From positions 62,910 through 126,909 of the forward strand of contig CAWCCM010000001.1 of NCBI GenBank assembly GCA_963794145.1: a stretch of DNA of 64,000 nucleotides, given 5' to 3'. The notes under the pieces are model-generated. The model saw nothing but the letters and a program-made list of their open reading frames with translations, did not search any database and was not told the origin of the DNA. Within the stretch, counting starts at the first letter, position 1; each line of letters begins with the position of its first letter. Origin of the DNA: an uncultured Acidimicrobiaceae bacterium. GTDB lineage: Bacteria; Actinomycetota; Acidimicrobiia; Acidimicrobiales; RAAP-2. Below are positions 18,650-27,872 of the stretch, piece after piece. The position numbers and the translations under genes were made by a program.

Positions 18650-20149
18650 ATGGAAGACTCGGCCTCCATGTACAAGGGCGCCTGGGAGTCCCTGAAGGAA
18701 CACCGTGTCCCCGCCTGGTTCGACGACGCCAAGCTGGGTGTCTTCCTCCACTGGGGGCCGTACTCGGTGCCGGGTTGGGCGCCGCGGGTTCCCGACATCC
18801 AGGAGCTCCTCGTCCGCGACGGCCCGGAGCGCATGTTGCGGGAGAACCCCTACGCCGAGTGGTACCTCAACTCGATGCAGATCAAGGGGAGCCCTACCCA
18901 GCGGCACCATGCCGAGGTGTACGGGGAGGGCTATCCCTACGAGAACTTCTCCCGGACCTTCAACGAAGCTGCCGCAGGGGCGGACGTCGAGGCCCTGGCT
19001 GAGCTGTGCCGCGACGCCGGCGCGCGCTACGTCGTCCTCACCACCAAGCACCACGACGGGTTCGCCCTGTGGCCCACCAGGACGGCCCACCCGGTCAAAG
19101 GCCCCTACCATGCGACGCGCGACCTGGTTGGCGACCTTGCTGTCGCCGTGCGCGAGCACCGGATGCGCATGGGCCTCTACTACTCGGGCGGGTACGACTG
19201 GCCCTACAACGGCGCCGTGCTGACCAAGGCGGCGGACGCCGTGCTGGCCGCCCCCTTCGGGCGCGAGTACGTGCGCTATGTGACAGCGCACGTGCGCGAG
19301 CTCATCGACCGCTACGAGCCCTCGGTCCTGTGGAACGACATCGGCTGGCCCAAGGACAAGGCTCTCCCCGAGCTCTTCGCGCACTACTACAACACGGTCG
19401 AGGAGGGCGTCATCAACGACCGCTGGCGCCAGAACGGCCTGCCGCGCAACGTCGTTACCGACGCGCTCGTCCGCGGCGTCGGTGCGGTCGTCACCGCCAT
19501 GTGGGGTCGCATCCCCGCCGACCGCAAGCGGCTCACTTTCGCCCCGACGACGCACTACGACTTCCGGACGCCCGAGTACGAGGTCCTGCACGCGGCATCG
19601 GCCAAGAAGTGGGAGGTGGCGCGCGGCGTCGGGCACTCCTTCGGCGCCAATCGCCACGAGCAGCCGGAGGACATCATCTCGGAGCGGGACCTCATCCAGA
19701 TGTTCTGCGACATCGTGTCGAAGAACGGCAACCTGCTCATTGGCATCGGCCCCCGGCCCGACGGCACCGTGCCCGAGGAGCAGCAGGCACCCCTGCGCGC
19801 GCTCGGCGCCTGGCTGGCCGACAACGGCGAGGCGATCTACGGAAGCCGGCCCTGGGTGGTGACCGAGTCGACCACGACGGAGGGCACGCCGCTGCGCTTC
19901 ACCAAGAGCGGCGAGGGCGTGTACGCGCTCGTCATGGGGATGCCGGCGTCCCGGCGGGTGACGCTGCGCAGCATCGACGGCACGCACGTGCGCCGGGTGC
20001 GCCTGGTGGGCGCGCCCGCCGAGCTCGCCTGGACGCGCGGGCCCGACGGCGATCTCAGCGTGACCCTGCCCGAGCAGCTCCCGCTCGCGCCGGTGACCGT
20101 GCTCGACCTCGGGACCGAGGCGCGGGCCCGGCTACACGACCTGGCCTAG
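18650..20149 (+). CDS. GH29 alpha-L-fucosidase.
   Basis: ORF 18305..20149 with an internal ATG at 18650. Motifs are WFDDAKLGVFLHWGPYSVPGW, YVVLTTKHHDGFALWPT and WNDIGWP. Confidence 0.9.
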   Translation: MEDSASMYKGAWESLKEHRVPAWFDDAKLGVFLHWGPYSVPGWAPRVPDIQELLVRDGPERMLRENPYAEWYLNSMQIKGSPTQRHHAEVYGEGYPYENFSRTFNEAAAGADVEALAELCRDAGARYVVLTTKHHDGFALWPTRTAHPVKGPYHATRDLVGDLAVAVREHRMRMGLYYSGGYDWPYNGAVLTKAADAVLAAPFGREYVRYVTAHVRELIDRYEPSVLWNDIGWPKDKALPELFAHYYNTVEEGVINDRWRQNGLPRNVVTDALVRGVGAVVTAMWGRIPADRKRLTFAPTTHYDFRTPEYEVLHAASAKKWEVARGVGHSFGANRHEQPEDIISERDLIQMFCDIVSKNGNLLIGIGPRPDGTVPEEQQAPLRALGAWLADNGEAIYGSRPWVVTESTTTEGTPLRFTKSGEGVYALVMGMPASRRVTLRSIDGTHVRRVRLVGAPAELAWTRGPDGDLSVTLPEQLPLAPVTVLDLGTEARARLHDLA

Positions 20150-20239
20150 GGTCGGCGCCGGGTCCCGCAGCGAGCCGGCAGCGCCGACTACGTTTCGGGC
20201 CCACGTCGCGGGCCGCGTCACCGGCCACGGGGAGGACGC

Positions 20240-20899
20240 ATGTTGGTGCTCGACCTGTTCCTGATCGGGCTGGTGATCACCCTCGAGCCCATCCCGCTGT
20301 CGGCCATGATCCTGCTGCTGGCAGCCGAGCGCGGGGTGATCAAGGGGCTGGGCTACACGCTCGGCTGGTTGTTGACGCTGGTCGCCATCGTCTTCATCAC
20401 GGTGGGTGTGACGGGGGGCAAGCCCCTCATCCCGAACTCCAAGCCCTCGACCGCCGCGTTGTGCGTGAAGCTGGTCCTGGGTCTCCTGCTGGTCGTCTTG
20501 GGCTACCGGCGCCAGCGCCGCGCCGCGACGGCCGAGCGGAAGCCCAAGAAGCAGCCCAAGTGGATGGCCACCGTCGACCGCGTCAACCCGCTCGGTGCGG
20601 CCGGCCTGGCCTTCCTGCTCCAGCCCTGGGTCCTGGTGGCGGCTGGAGTGTCCACCCTCGTCGAGGCCAAGGTGAACACGGGCGCCGAGTACGTGGGCCT
20701 GGTGGTGTTCTGCCTACTGTGCTCGGCCAGCTACCTGACGCTCGAGGTCTACGCCACCGTGCGGCCGCACACGGTCAAGATGCGGCTCGACGCCCTGATG
20801 CAGTGGATCAACGCGCACACCGACCAGGCGATCGTCTTTCTCTCCCTCGGACTCGGCCTCTACCTGATGGCCAAGAGCATCTACGGCCTGGTCAGTTGA
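20240..20899 (+). CDS. GAP-family (Sap / sulfolipid-addressing-protein-like) membrane protein.
   Basis: A 219-aa ORF with the RBS ggagga. It has six hydrophobic segments and a central basic loop, YRRQRRAATAERKPKKQPKWM. The family name is assigned from memory of this architecture. Confidence 0.7.
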   Translation: MLVLDLFLIGLVITLEPIPLSAMILLLAAERGVIKGLGYTLGWLLTLVAIVFITVGVTGGKPLIPNSKPSTAALCVKLVLGLLLVVLGYRRQRRAATAERKPKKQPKWMATVDRVNPLGAAGLAFLLQPWVLVAAGVSTLVEAKVNTGAEYVGLVVFCLLCSASYLTLEVYATVRPHTVKMRLDALMQWINAHTDQAIVFLSLGLGLYLMAKSIYGLVS

Positions 20900-20968
20900 A
20901 CCGGCCCGGGTCCATCCACCGCGACGCGGCCTGGGATCGGTAACGTCCATTGCGGGAGGTACCTCGCC

Positions 20969-21196
20969 ATGCTTGCTTATACCTGGCCCCTGCTCAGCCT
21001 GTTCTGGACGATGCTCATGTTCGCCGGTGTCGTCCTGCTGCTGTTCTTCATCATCTGGTGCTTCGTCGACAACTTCCGGCGCAGGGACCACAGCGGCTGG
21101 GCCAAGGCGGGCTGGACCGTCTTGATCCTGATCTTCCCGTTCTTCGGCGCGCTGATCTACATCATCGCCCGCCCGGCGGACGCGCTCCTCGCCTGA
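20969..21196 (+). CDS. Small PLDc_N-type two-TM membrane protein with no SHOCT tail. Paralogue 3.
   Basis: RBS is gggagg. The sequence is MLAYTWPLLSLFWTMLMFAGVVLLLFFIIWCFVDNFRRRDHSGWAKAGWTVLILIFPFFGALIYIIARP, which has the same layout as 8220 and 27365. Confidence 0.85.
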   Translation: MLAYTWPLLSLFWTMLMFAGVVLLLFFIIWCFVDNFRRRDHSGWAKAGWTVLILIFPFFGALIYIIARPADALLA

Positions 21197-21238
21197 GCGC
21201 CGAAGGGCAGCTGCGCCGGGCGCCGGCGCCCCTGGGAT

Positions 21239-22048
21239 TCAGCCGGACAGAGTGAGCCGGCCGTCGGGGCCGTGGACGACGCCCGGGATCGAGAAGCGCC
21301 CCGACAGCAGCGCCGGCACATCGTCAAGGGCGACCACGGTCGTCGTCGACGTAGAACCGACGGGACGCTCGACCAGCACCGCCTCCTCGTAGGCAAAGAG
21401 GGAGAGGCAGAGCTCGGGCGTGCGCCAGCCCGCCATGATGCCGGTGACGAAGGGTGACTCGGGGTGCGTCGCGGTGTACCAGTTCTGCACGGCGATGTCG
21501 ATGTGCGGCACCGGCTCGGGCACGAAGCCGTACATGTCGCTCCACGCCTCGTCCTGGTGCACCTGCAGCACGAGCTCGGGTCCGTCCTCGACCAGGCGGT
21601 AGCGCCAGCCCGACTGCACGGTGACGACGCCGGTGGCGAGCGGGACCGGATCGAGCAGTCCGCCCCCGCCGAAGCCGACGTCGGCCAGCCATACCGAGCC
21701 GTCGCGGTCCGTCACCCGCAGCAGGAGGTGACCGAGCGGGCGGGGCGCGCCCTCGGGGCCCATGCGGACTCGGGCCAGCATCGGCTCCACCGTGCGCCCG
21801 CCGAGCGACTCGAGCGCGCCGGCGAGGAGCAGGTTGTGCTCGAAGCAGTAGCCGCCCCGGTGGCCGGCCACCAGTTTGCGCTCGAGGTTGGCCGGCTCGA
21901 GCGAGGGCGGCGTGCCGGCGTAGGGATCGAAGTTCTCGAAGGCGATGCCGGTGGCGTGGGCCCGGTGGATCGAGGCCAGGTCCGGATCGTCGTGCGCGCC
22001 GAGGCCGACGCGGTCGAGGTAGGCCTCCAACGAGGTCAGCGGGGCCAT
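21239..22048 (-). CDS. Arylamine N-acetyltransferase (NAT family).
   Basis: ORF 21239..22183; the likely start is MAPLTSLEAYLDRVGL (ATG 22048). The catalytic Cys context is HRGGYCFEHNLLL, and IAFENFD is also present. Confidence 0.9.
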   Translation of the reverse strand: MAPLTSLEAYLDRVGLGAHDDPDLASIHRAHATGIAFENFDPYAGTPPSLEPANLERKLVAGHRGGYCFEHNLLLAGALESLGGRTVEPMLARVRMGPEGAPRPLGHLLLRVTDRDGSVWLADVGFGGGGLLDPVPLATGVVTVQSGWRYRLVEDGPELVLQVHQDEAWSDMYGFVPEPVPHIDIAVQNWYTATHPESPFVTGIMAGWRTPELCLSLFAYEEAVLVERPVGSTSTTTVVALDDVPALLSGRFSIPGVVHGPDGRLTLSG

Positions 22049-22181
22049 GGTGCCGACGCTAGTGGCGGGCGCCCCGGAGCGCCCAGGGTCCGGCGAGTGC
22101 GGGGGGTGCCGGCTCACGTTGTCGCTCGGCCCGCGGCTCGGTAGTGTTCGGCGTCCCGGGGAACCCCTCAGGAGCCGCCCC

Positions 22182-22370
22182 ATGCAGAACCATCATCCGA
22201 CGATCGCCCAGCGGCCCGATCGGACGTGGGTGGTCGAGTGCGCCCAGTGCCGTTGTGACCGCAGCTCGTCGGTGCCGATCGGCATCGGGATGCCGCTGCC
22301 CGATCGGGACACGGCCGAGCGACTCCGCGACAACCACTCCGCCCGCCCGGTGCGGGCCACCGCCTCCTGA
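22182..22370 (+). CDS. Hypothetical small protein (62 aa, contains a CxxCxC cluster).
   Basis: ATG with ggag 7 nt upstream and high third-position GC. An equally GC3-rich ORF exists on the opposite strand (22193..22504), so coding status is uncertain. Confidence 0.3.
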   Translation: MQNHHPTIAQRPDRTWVVECAQCRCDRSSSVPIGIGMPLPDRDTAERLRDNHSARPVRATAS

Positions 22371-22533
22371 GTTCGCGCGCAAGGGAGCTCGAGGAGGAGC
22401 GTCCCGCAGCCCTCGGCGGCCCCGTGGGAGAAGCGCACCGGCAGAAGCACCAGCCGCACGACGAGCGCGTCGAGCGCCACGGCCACCGCCAGGATCACGT
22501 CCATCCAAGGGGTTCGATCGCACCGACGGATGG

Positions 22534-22554
22534 ATACGGGGAGGGGTATATGAT
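22534..22554 (+). promoter_or_regulatory. Candidate CsoR/CstR-type operator (ATACGGGGAGGGGTAT) overlapping a -10-like TATGAT, about 45 bp upstream of the repressor gene.
   Basis: AT-flanked G/C-tract elements with ATAC...GTAT ends resemble known CsoR-family operators. Only the outer 4 bp are truly palindromic here. Confidence 0.35.
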
Positions 22555-22594
22555 GGAGGGCGGAACGGGCAGAAACCCCTGAGAGTGAGGTCGC

Positions 22595-22867
22595 GTGATG
22601 CAGTTGCCTGACGAGGTGATCCGGGACGTGCGGACGCGCCTGCACCGGGTGGCCGGTCAGCTCGACGGGATCGAGCGCATGCTCGACGATGGTCGGGAGT
22701 GCCGCGACGTGGTGACCCAGATCTCGGCGGCCACCAAGGCGCTCGAGCAGGCCGGGTTCCGGCTGGTGGCGGCGGGCCTCACCTACTGCGTGGCCCACCC
22801 CGAGCAAGCCGAGAGCGAGGGCTACCCGTTGGAGGAGGTCCAGCGGATGTTCATGAAGCTGGCCTGA
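22595..22867 (+). CDS. CsoR/RcnR-family (DUF156) metal- or persulfide-sensing repressor of the two-Cys (CstR-like) type.
   Basis: The sequence is LHRVAGQLDGIERMLDDGRECRDVVTQISAATKALEQAGFRLVAAGLTYCVAH. Cys residues sit at both ligand positions, but the residue 4 before the second Cys is Gly rather than His. Start is GTG 22595 or ATG 22598. Confidence 0.85.
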   Translation: MMQLPDEVIRDVRTRLHRVAGQLDGIERMLDDGRECRDVVTQISAATKALEQAGFRLVAAGLTYCVAHPEQAESEGYPLEEVQRMFMKLA

Positions 22868-22869
22868 AC

Positions 22870-24614
22870 ATGGGCACCGGTGCACGCGTGCGGAACGGGA
22901 CGGCCGAAGCGGGCGGCACGCCCGCCGTCGGTCAGCCGGGTCGCCGCATCCTGATCGTGGGCGGCGTGGCCGGCGGCATGTCGGCCGCCACGAGACTGCG
23001 CCGGCTCGACGAGTCGGCCTCCATCACCGTGCTCGAGCGATCCGGGCACGTGTCGTACGCCAACTGCGGGCTGCCCTATTTCGTGGGCGGGGTGATCGAA
23101 GACGAGGACGATCTGCTGCTGCAGACGCCCGAGCGCCTCTTCGAGCGGTTCCGGCTCGACGTCCGCGTCGGCACCGAGGTGGTGGGCATCGACCCGGCGA
23201 CGCACACCGTCACCGTGCGCCCGACCGGGGGCGGGTCCTGCCCCACGACGGTCATCGCGTACGACGCGCTCGTGCTCAGTCCCGGCGCGGCGCCCGTGCG
23301 CCCGCCGCTGCCGGGCTTCGACCGGGTGCGTGTGCTGCGCACGGTGGAGGACGCCGAGCAGCTCGAGGGAGATGCCAGCACCCGGCCGCGCACCGCCGTG
23401 GTCATCGGGGCCGGGTTCGTCGGACTCGAGACGGCCGAGAACCTCAGCCGCCGCGGCATCGCCACCACGGTGATCGAGATGGCCGACCAGGTGCTCACCC
23501 CGCTCGACCCGGAGTTGGCCGTCCTGGTGGCGGCCGAGCTCGAGCGCAACGGGGTGCGCGTGCGCACGGGCGTCGGGGTGGCCGAGGTCACCGACGACGG
23601 CGTCGTGCTCGCCGACGGGCAGCACGTCCCGGGCGATCTGGTGGTGGCCGCCATCGGTGTGCGGCCCGACGTGGGTCTGGCCGAGATGGCCGGCCTCGAG
23701 ATCGGTCCCCACGGTGGGATCGCGGTCGACGCCGACGGGCGCACGAGCGCGCCGGACGTCTACGCAGTGGGCGACGCCGTGGAGAAGGCCGACGCCCGTC
23801 GGCGGCCAGTCCTCGCTCATCGCCCTGGCCAACATCGCCAACCGGCAGGGCCGCCGGGTGGCCGACCGGATCTGCGGCCGGCCGGTGCGCCCGGCGCCCT
23901 CGCAGGCCACGGCCATCGTGAAGGTGTTCGGGCTCACCGCGGCCATGACCGGGTGGAACGAGAAGCGGCTGCAGGCGTCCGGGCGCTCGCTATCGCGTCA
24001 TCCGCTCGCACCCCATGAACCACGCCGGCTACTACCCGGGCGCCGAGCAGATGTCGCTGAAGCTGCTCTTCGATCCCGGGACCGGCCTCATCGCCGGCGC
24101 CCAGGCCGTCGGCGGGTCGGGGGTGGACAAGCGCATCGACGTGCTGGCCACGGCCATGGCCGCCCGGCTGCGGGCCGACGCGCTGGCTGACCTCGAGCTC
24201 GCCTACGCGCCGCCGTTCTCGTCGGCCAAGGACCCGGTGAACATGCTCGGCTACATGGCCGAGAACCTCATGTCCGGTCGAGTGCGACGTGGTGGAGCCC
24301 GACGAGGTGGCCGGGATCGTGGCCGGCGGCTGGACCCTGCTCGACGTGCGCACCGAGGCCGAGCACGCCGCCGGCGCCATCCCCGGCAGCGTGAACGCCC
24401 CGCTCGAGCAGTTGCGCGAGCGCCTGGCCGGCCTCGGCCCCGGGCCCTTCCTCGTCTACTGCGAGGTGGGCCAGCGCGGCCACACCGCCACCATGCTCCT
24501 GCACGACGCTCGGGCTCCAGGCGCGCAACCTCGACGGCGGGCTACCGGACCTGGCGGGCGGCCGACGCCGCGGCGGCGCAGGACCCGGGTCTGCTCGCCG
24601 CCACGGCCGCCTGA
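22870..24614 (+). pseudogene. CoA-disulfide reductase with a C-terminal rhodanese domain (CoA-persulfide-reductase-like), broken by five frameshifts.
   Basis: The segments are RILIVGGVAGGMSAA..SYANCGLPYF..VVIGAGFVGLE..YAVGDAVEKAD | VGGQSSLIALANIANRQGRRVAD..TGWNEKRLQASGRS | YRVIRSHPMNHAGYYPGAEQ..YMAENLMSG | ECDVVEPDEV..LLDVRTEAEH..FLVYCEVGQRGH..MLLHD | LGLQARNLDGG | YRTWRAAD..*. Frame changes fall near 23795, 23990, 24278, 24508 and 24540. Confidence 0.85.
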
Positions 24615-24646
24615 TCCGCCGGGCCGGGCCGGAGCGGGGCCGCCCC

Positions 24647-25570
24647 TCAGTCGGGCGGGTCCGGCGGCAGGTTCGAGGCCGGCGTCCCGATCAGCTTGGC
24701 GGAGAACTTGACCGCCTTCACCGCGCTGGTGACGCCGGTCTGAAGCAGGATACCGACGACGAGGAATGCGATGCCCACCCAGAAGAGGTAGCGCCATCCG
24801 AGCATGAGGATGCCGAGGCGCCCGATCATGTAGGGCGGCGAGCAGATCACCGCCCCCACGGCCCCGCCGATCGCGGTGGCGGCCAGCTTGTCCCGGGCGT
24901 TGGTCTGCTTCTTGGGGTCGATGCCGACGATGCGGGCCGGCACCGAGAGATAGCAGACCATCATGATGCCGACCACGATGCTCTGGCAGATGGCGAAGGG
25001 CCAGTGGCCCCATCGGGTCACGATCAGCGCGGAGAACGACAGCGCCAGTCCGATTGCGCATCCCCACGACATGATCACGCGGACGTGCTGGTTGGCCTTG
25101 GCGAAAGCCGGGCGGATCGTGGGTTCCCCCGGTTCCGAGATGGCGAAGGCGAACACGCCGTTGAGGTAGAAGCTCCCCGCAGTGAGCCCGGTGACCACCA
25201 GCACGGCCGGGATGAGGACCGGCCCGAGGATGACGTGGAACGACTTGCCGTGCAGGAGGTGGATCTTGAGGTCGAGCATGGCCGCCCAGATCCACATGGC
25301 CGGGAGGATCTGGACCAGCGTGAGCCGCCAGTTGGTCACCAGCAGCTTGACGCCCTGGAACAGCATCAAGAAGGCGCCGACCACCAGGCCGAGCGGGGCC
25401 AACCAGCGGCTGCGGCGGCTCAGGGCAAGCACGGCGCGTTCCACGGCGGCGTCGTCGCTGGCGTTGATGGCGTCGATCAGGCGCCGGATACCCGCCCACA
25501 CGCGCCCGCGCCGGGTGGCCGGCTCGTCGTCCGCCGGGTCCCCGGTCGTGGTCGCCGCTCCCTGGCTCAC
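24647..25570 (-). CDS. Hypothetical polytopic membrane protein (about 7 TM).
   Basis: A 307-aa ORF with clear hydrophobic periodicity and coding-like composition. I recognise no motif. Confidence 0.7.
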   Translation of the reverse strand: MSQGAATTTGDPADDEPATRRGRVWAGIRRLIDAINASDDAAVERAVLALSRRSRWLAPLGLVVGAFLMLFQGVKLLVTNWRLTLVQILPAMWIWAAMLDLKIHLLHGKSFHVILGPVLIPAVLVVTGLTAGSFYLNGVFAFAISEPGEPTIRPAFAKANQHVRVIMSWGCAIGLALSFSALIVTRWGHWPFAICQSIVVGIMMVCYLSVPARIVGIDPKKQTNARDKLAATAIGGAVGAVICSPPYMIGRLGILMLGWRYLFWVGIAFLVVGILLQTGVTSAVKAVKFSAKLIGTPASNLPPDPPD

Positions 25571-25706
25571 TCCTGGATTGTCGTCGCGAACAGGCGTCGG
25601 GGAAAGTCACGGTCGGCCGCAGGTGCCGCGCCGCCGGTGGCCTGCGTAGCCTCTGGGGAGCAGGGACGGTCGGGCCGGTCAGGTCCGGGTCCCGTGGAGG
25701 TGGACG

Positions 25707-27170
25707 ATGGCGAGCAACCACACGGTGCCGGTCGGGGAGAGTGCGATCCCTCCGATGGTCCCGCACCTGAGCGACGAGGACTCCAAGGCGAAGGGCAAGG
25801 AGGCCCGGGCCAAGGTGCCGCGTTCGAGCCATGGGGACTTCGCAGCCGCGGCGGACCGTCCCGACCCCGTCGCCCTCCTCGAGGGGCAGGCGACGTCCCG
25901 GGTGCCCGAGCTCGTGCCCATCCGCTACGGGCGCATGCTGGCCTCACCGTTTGCCTTCTACCGGGGCGCGGCGCTCATCATGGCCTCGGACCTCTCCACC
26001 AGCCCGCGCTCGAGCATCAACGCGCAGATCTGCGGCGACGCCCACCTGTCCAACTTCGGGGTCTTCGGGTCCCCCGAGCGCAATCTGGTCTTCGACTGCA
26101 ACGACTTCGACGAGACCAACCCGGGTCCCTGGGAGTGGGACGTCAAGCGCCTGGCCGCCAGCATCGTGGTCGCGGCGCGCCAGAAGGGGTTCTCCAAGAG
26201 CGTGCGGGCCGAGGCCGTCCTCGCCCTCGGACGGTCGTACCGGGAGCACATGCGGATGCTGGCGCAGATGACGAACCTCGAGGTGTGGTACTCGCGCATC
26301 GACGTCGAGGCCGTGCTCTCGTCGCTGCAGGCCGAGGCACAGGCGAGCGGCTCCAAGGTGGAGGAGCGGATGGCCACGACCGCCACCAAGCTCGTGACCA
26401 AAGCGCTCACGAAGGATTCCATGAAGGCGCTCGACAAGCTCACCGAGGTGGTCGACGGCACACGCCGCATCAGGAGCGACCCGCCGCTCGTCGTCCCCGT
26501 CGAGGAGCTGTACCCCGAGCTCGAGAGCCTGCGCACCACCGAGTTCTTTCACGGCCTGTTGCGCAAGTACCGCCACAGCCTCCCCACCGACCGCCGGCAC
26601 CTGCTGGAGCAGTACACGTTCAGCCAGATGGCCCGCAAGGTGGTGGGGGTGGGCAGCGTGGGCACCCGGGTCTGGATCATCCTCCTGCACGGGCCCCGTC
26701 CCGACGACGTCCTGTTCCTCCAGGCGAAGGAAGCCGAGGCGTCGGTGCTCGAGCGCTTCACCAAGAAGAGCGCGTACGCCAACCACGGGGCACGCGTGGT
26801 GGCCGGCCAGCGCCTCATGCAGGCGGCCAGCGACATCTTCCTGGGCTGGCAGAGCGCCGAGGGGCTCGACGGCGTGACCCGCGACTTCTACCTGCGCCAG
26901 CTCCAGGACTGGAAGGGGTCGGTCGACCCCGAGACGGCCCTGCCCGAGGGGGTCGGGCGCTACGGCGCGCTGTGCGCGCAGGCCCTGGCCCGCGCCCACG
27001 CACGGTCGGGGGACCGGATCGCCATGGCGTCGTACCTCGGCTCGGGCCCCTCCTTCGAGAAGGCCCTGGTCAAGTTCTCGGAGGCCTACGCCGACCAGAA
27101 CGAAAGGGACTACGAGGCCTTCGCCGGCGCCGTGAAGTCCGGCCGTCTCCGCGCCGAGCAGGGTCTCTAG
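25707..27170 (+). CDS. DUF2252-family protein.
   Basis: RBS is ggaggtgg. Family-typical motifs as I remember them are RVPELVPIRYGRMLASPFAFYRGAA, CGDAHLSNFG, NDFDET and WEWDVKRLA. Confidence 0.85.
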   Translation: MASNHTVPVGESAIPPMVPHLSDEDSKAKGKEARAKVPRSSHGDFAAAADRPDPVALLEGQATSRVPELVPIRYGRMLASPFAFYRGAALIMASDLSTSPRSSINAQICGDAHLSNFGVFGSPERNLVFDCNDFDETNPGPWEWDVKRLAASIVVAARQKGFSKSVRAEAVLALGRSYREHMRMLAQMTNLEVWYSRIDVEAVLSSLQAEAQASGSKVEERMATTATKLVTKALTKDSMKALDKLTEVVDGTRRIRSDPPLVVPVEELYPELESLRTTEFFHGLLRKYRHSLPTDRRHLLEQYTFSQMARKVVGVGSVGTRVWIILLHGPRPDDVLFLQAKEAEASVLERFTKKSAYANHGARVVAGQRLMQAASDIFLGWQSAEGLDGVTRDFYLRQLQDWKGSVDPETALPEGVGRYGALCAQALARAHARSGDRIAMASYLGSGPSFEKALVKFSEAYADQNERDYEAFAGAVKSGRLRAEQGL

Positions 27171-27364
27171 CGGCCCGGCCGGTGCGGCAGCAACCCGGGC
27201 TGGTCGCGGCGAACGTGCGGCTCGCCGGTGGGGAACGCCCGGATCAGGCGCCGCCGTACCCAAGGTGAGCACGAATCCGACGCGCGCGCTAGACAGTAGG
27301 GAGACCGACAGCCGGGTGGCGCGGGAACGCACGCGACCGACCGGACGACGACAAGGAGCCCCAC

Positions 27365-27766
27365 ATGTTCGCCTCGACGTATCCCGTCCTCGACGCCTTC
27401 CTGACGATGCTCTACTTCTTCCTCTTCATCATCTGGATCTGGCTGCTGATCACGGTGTTCATCGACATCTTCCGCAGCCGCGACATGGGCGGCCTGGCCA
27501 AGGCCCTGTGGGTGATCTTCGTCATCATCCTCCCGTTCCTCGGCGTGTTCGTGTACCTGATCGCCCGGGGCGGCAAGATGCACGAGCGAGCAGCGCAGGA
27601 GGCTCAGGAGCAGCAGAAGGCCTTCGACCAGTACGTCCGCCAGGCGGCGGGCACGGCCGGGGAGTCCTCGGCCGACCAGCTGTCCAAGCTGGCCGACCTG
27701 AAGGCCACAGGCGTCATCACCGACGCCGAGTTCGAGGCCCAGAAGGCCAAGATCCTCGCCAGCTGA
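27365..27766 (+). CDS. Small membrane protein with a PLDc_N-type two-TM domain and a SHOCT domain. Paralogue 2, close to the 8220 copy.
   Basis: The sequence is MFASTYPVLDAFLTMLYFFLFIIWIWLLITVFIDIFRSRDMGGLAKALWVIFVIILPFLGVFVYLIARGGKMHERAAQ...VITDAEFEAQKAKILAS. The RBS is aaggag. Confidence 0.9.
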   Translation: MFASTYPVLDAFLTMLYFFLFIIWIWLLITVFIDIFRSRDMGGLAKALWVIFVIILPFLGVFVYLIARGGKMHERAAQEAQEQQKAFDQYVRQAAGTAGESSADQLSKLADLKATGVITDAEFEAQKAKILAS

Positions 27767-27872
27767 ACCGACGTCCCGTGGCCGGGTCGACATCCCGGGC
27801 GGGGCAGGGAATGATGACGAGGGACGGACACTGACCGCCGCGCACGGCACGCGGCGCGGCGGAGGAGGGACG

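Noticed and set aside
22440-22504. The minus-strand peptide DVILAVAVALDALVVRLVLLPV resembles the last TM helix (LDAT-VR-LLVPA) of MMPL/RND transporters, raising the possibility of an MMPL gene relic near the Sap-like GAP gene.
   Set aside because: Only about 20 hydrophobic residues match, similarity is lost immediately afterwards, and such Ala/Val/Leu strings arise easily in high-GC sequence. This is not enough to call a pseudogene.
25004-27268. Very long alternate-frame or antisense ORFs in the supplied track: 25004..27268 (754 aa), 46514..49351 (945 aa), 50574..53144 (856 aa), 48969..50843 (624 aa, upstream part), 42876..44654, 32934..34796, 11792..13933 (upstream part), 19006..20943, 38468..41080, and 6654..8141.
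   Set aside because: Their translations are Arg/Pro/Gly/Ala-rich low-complexity strings with no motifs. Each overlaps a gene on another frame or strand that has clear family signatures. Long open frames are expected in about 70% GC DNA because stop codons are AT-rich.
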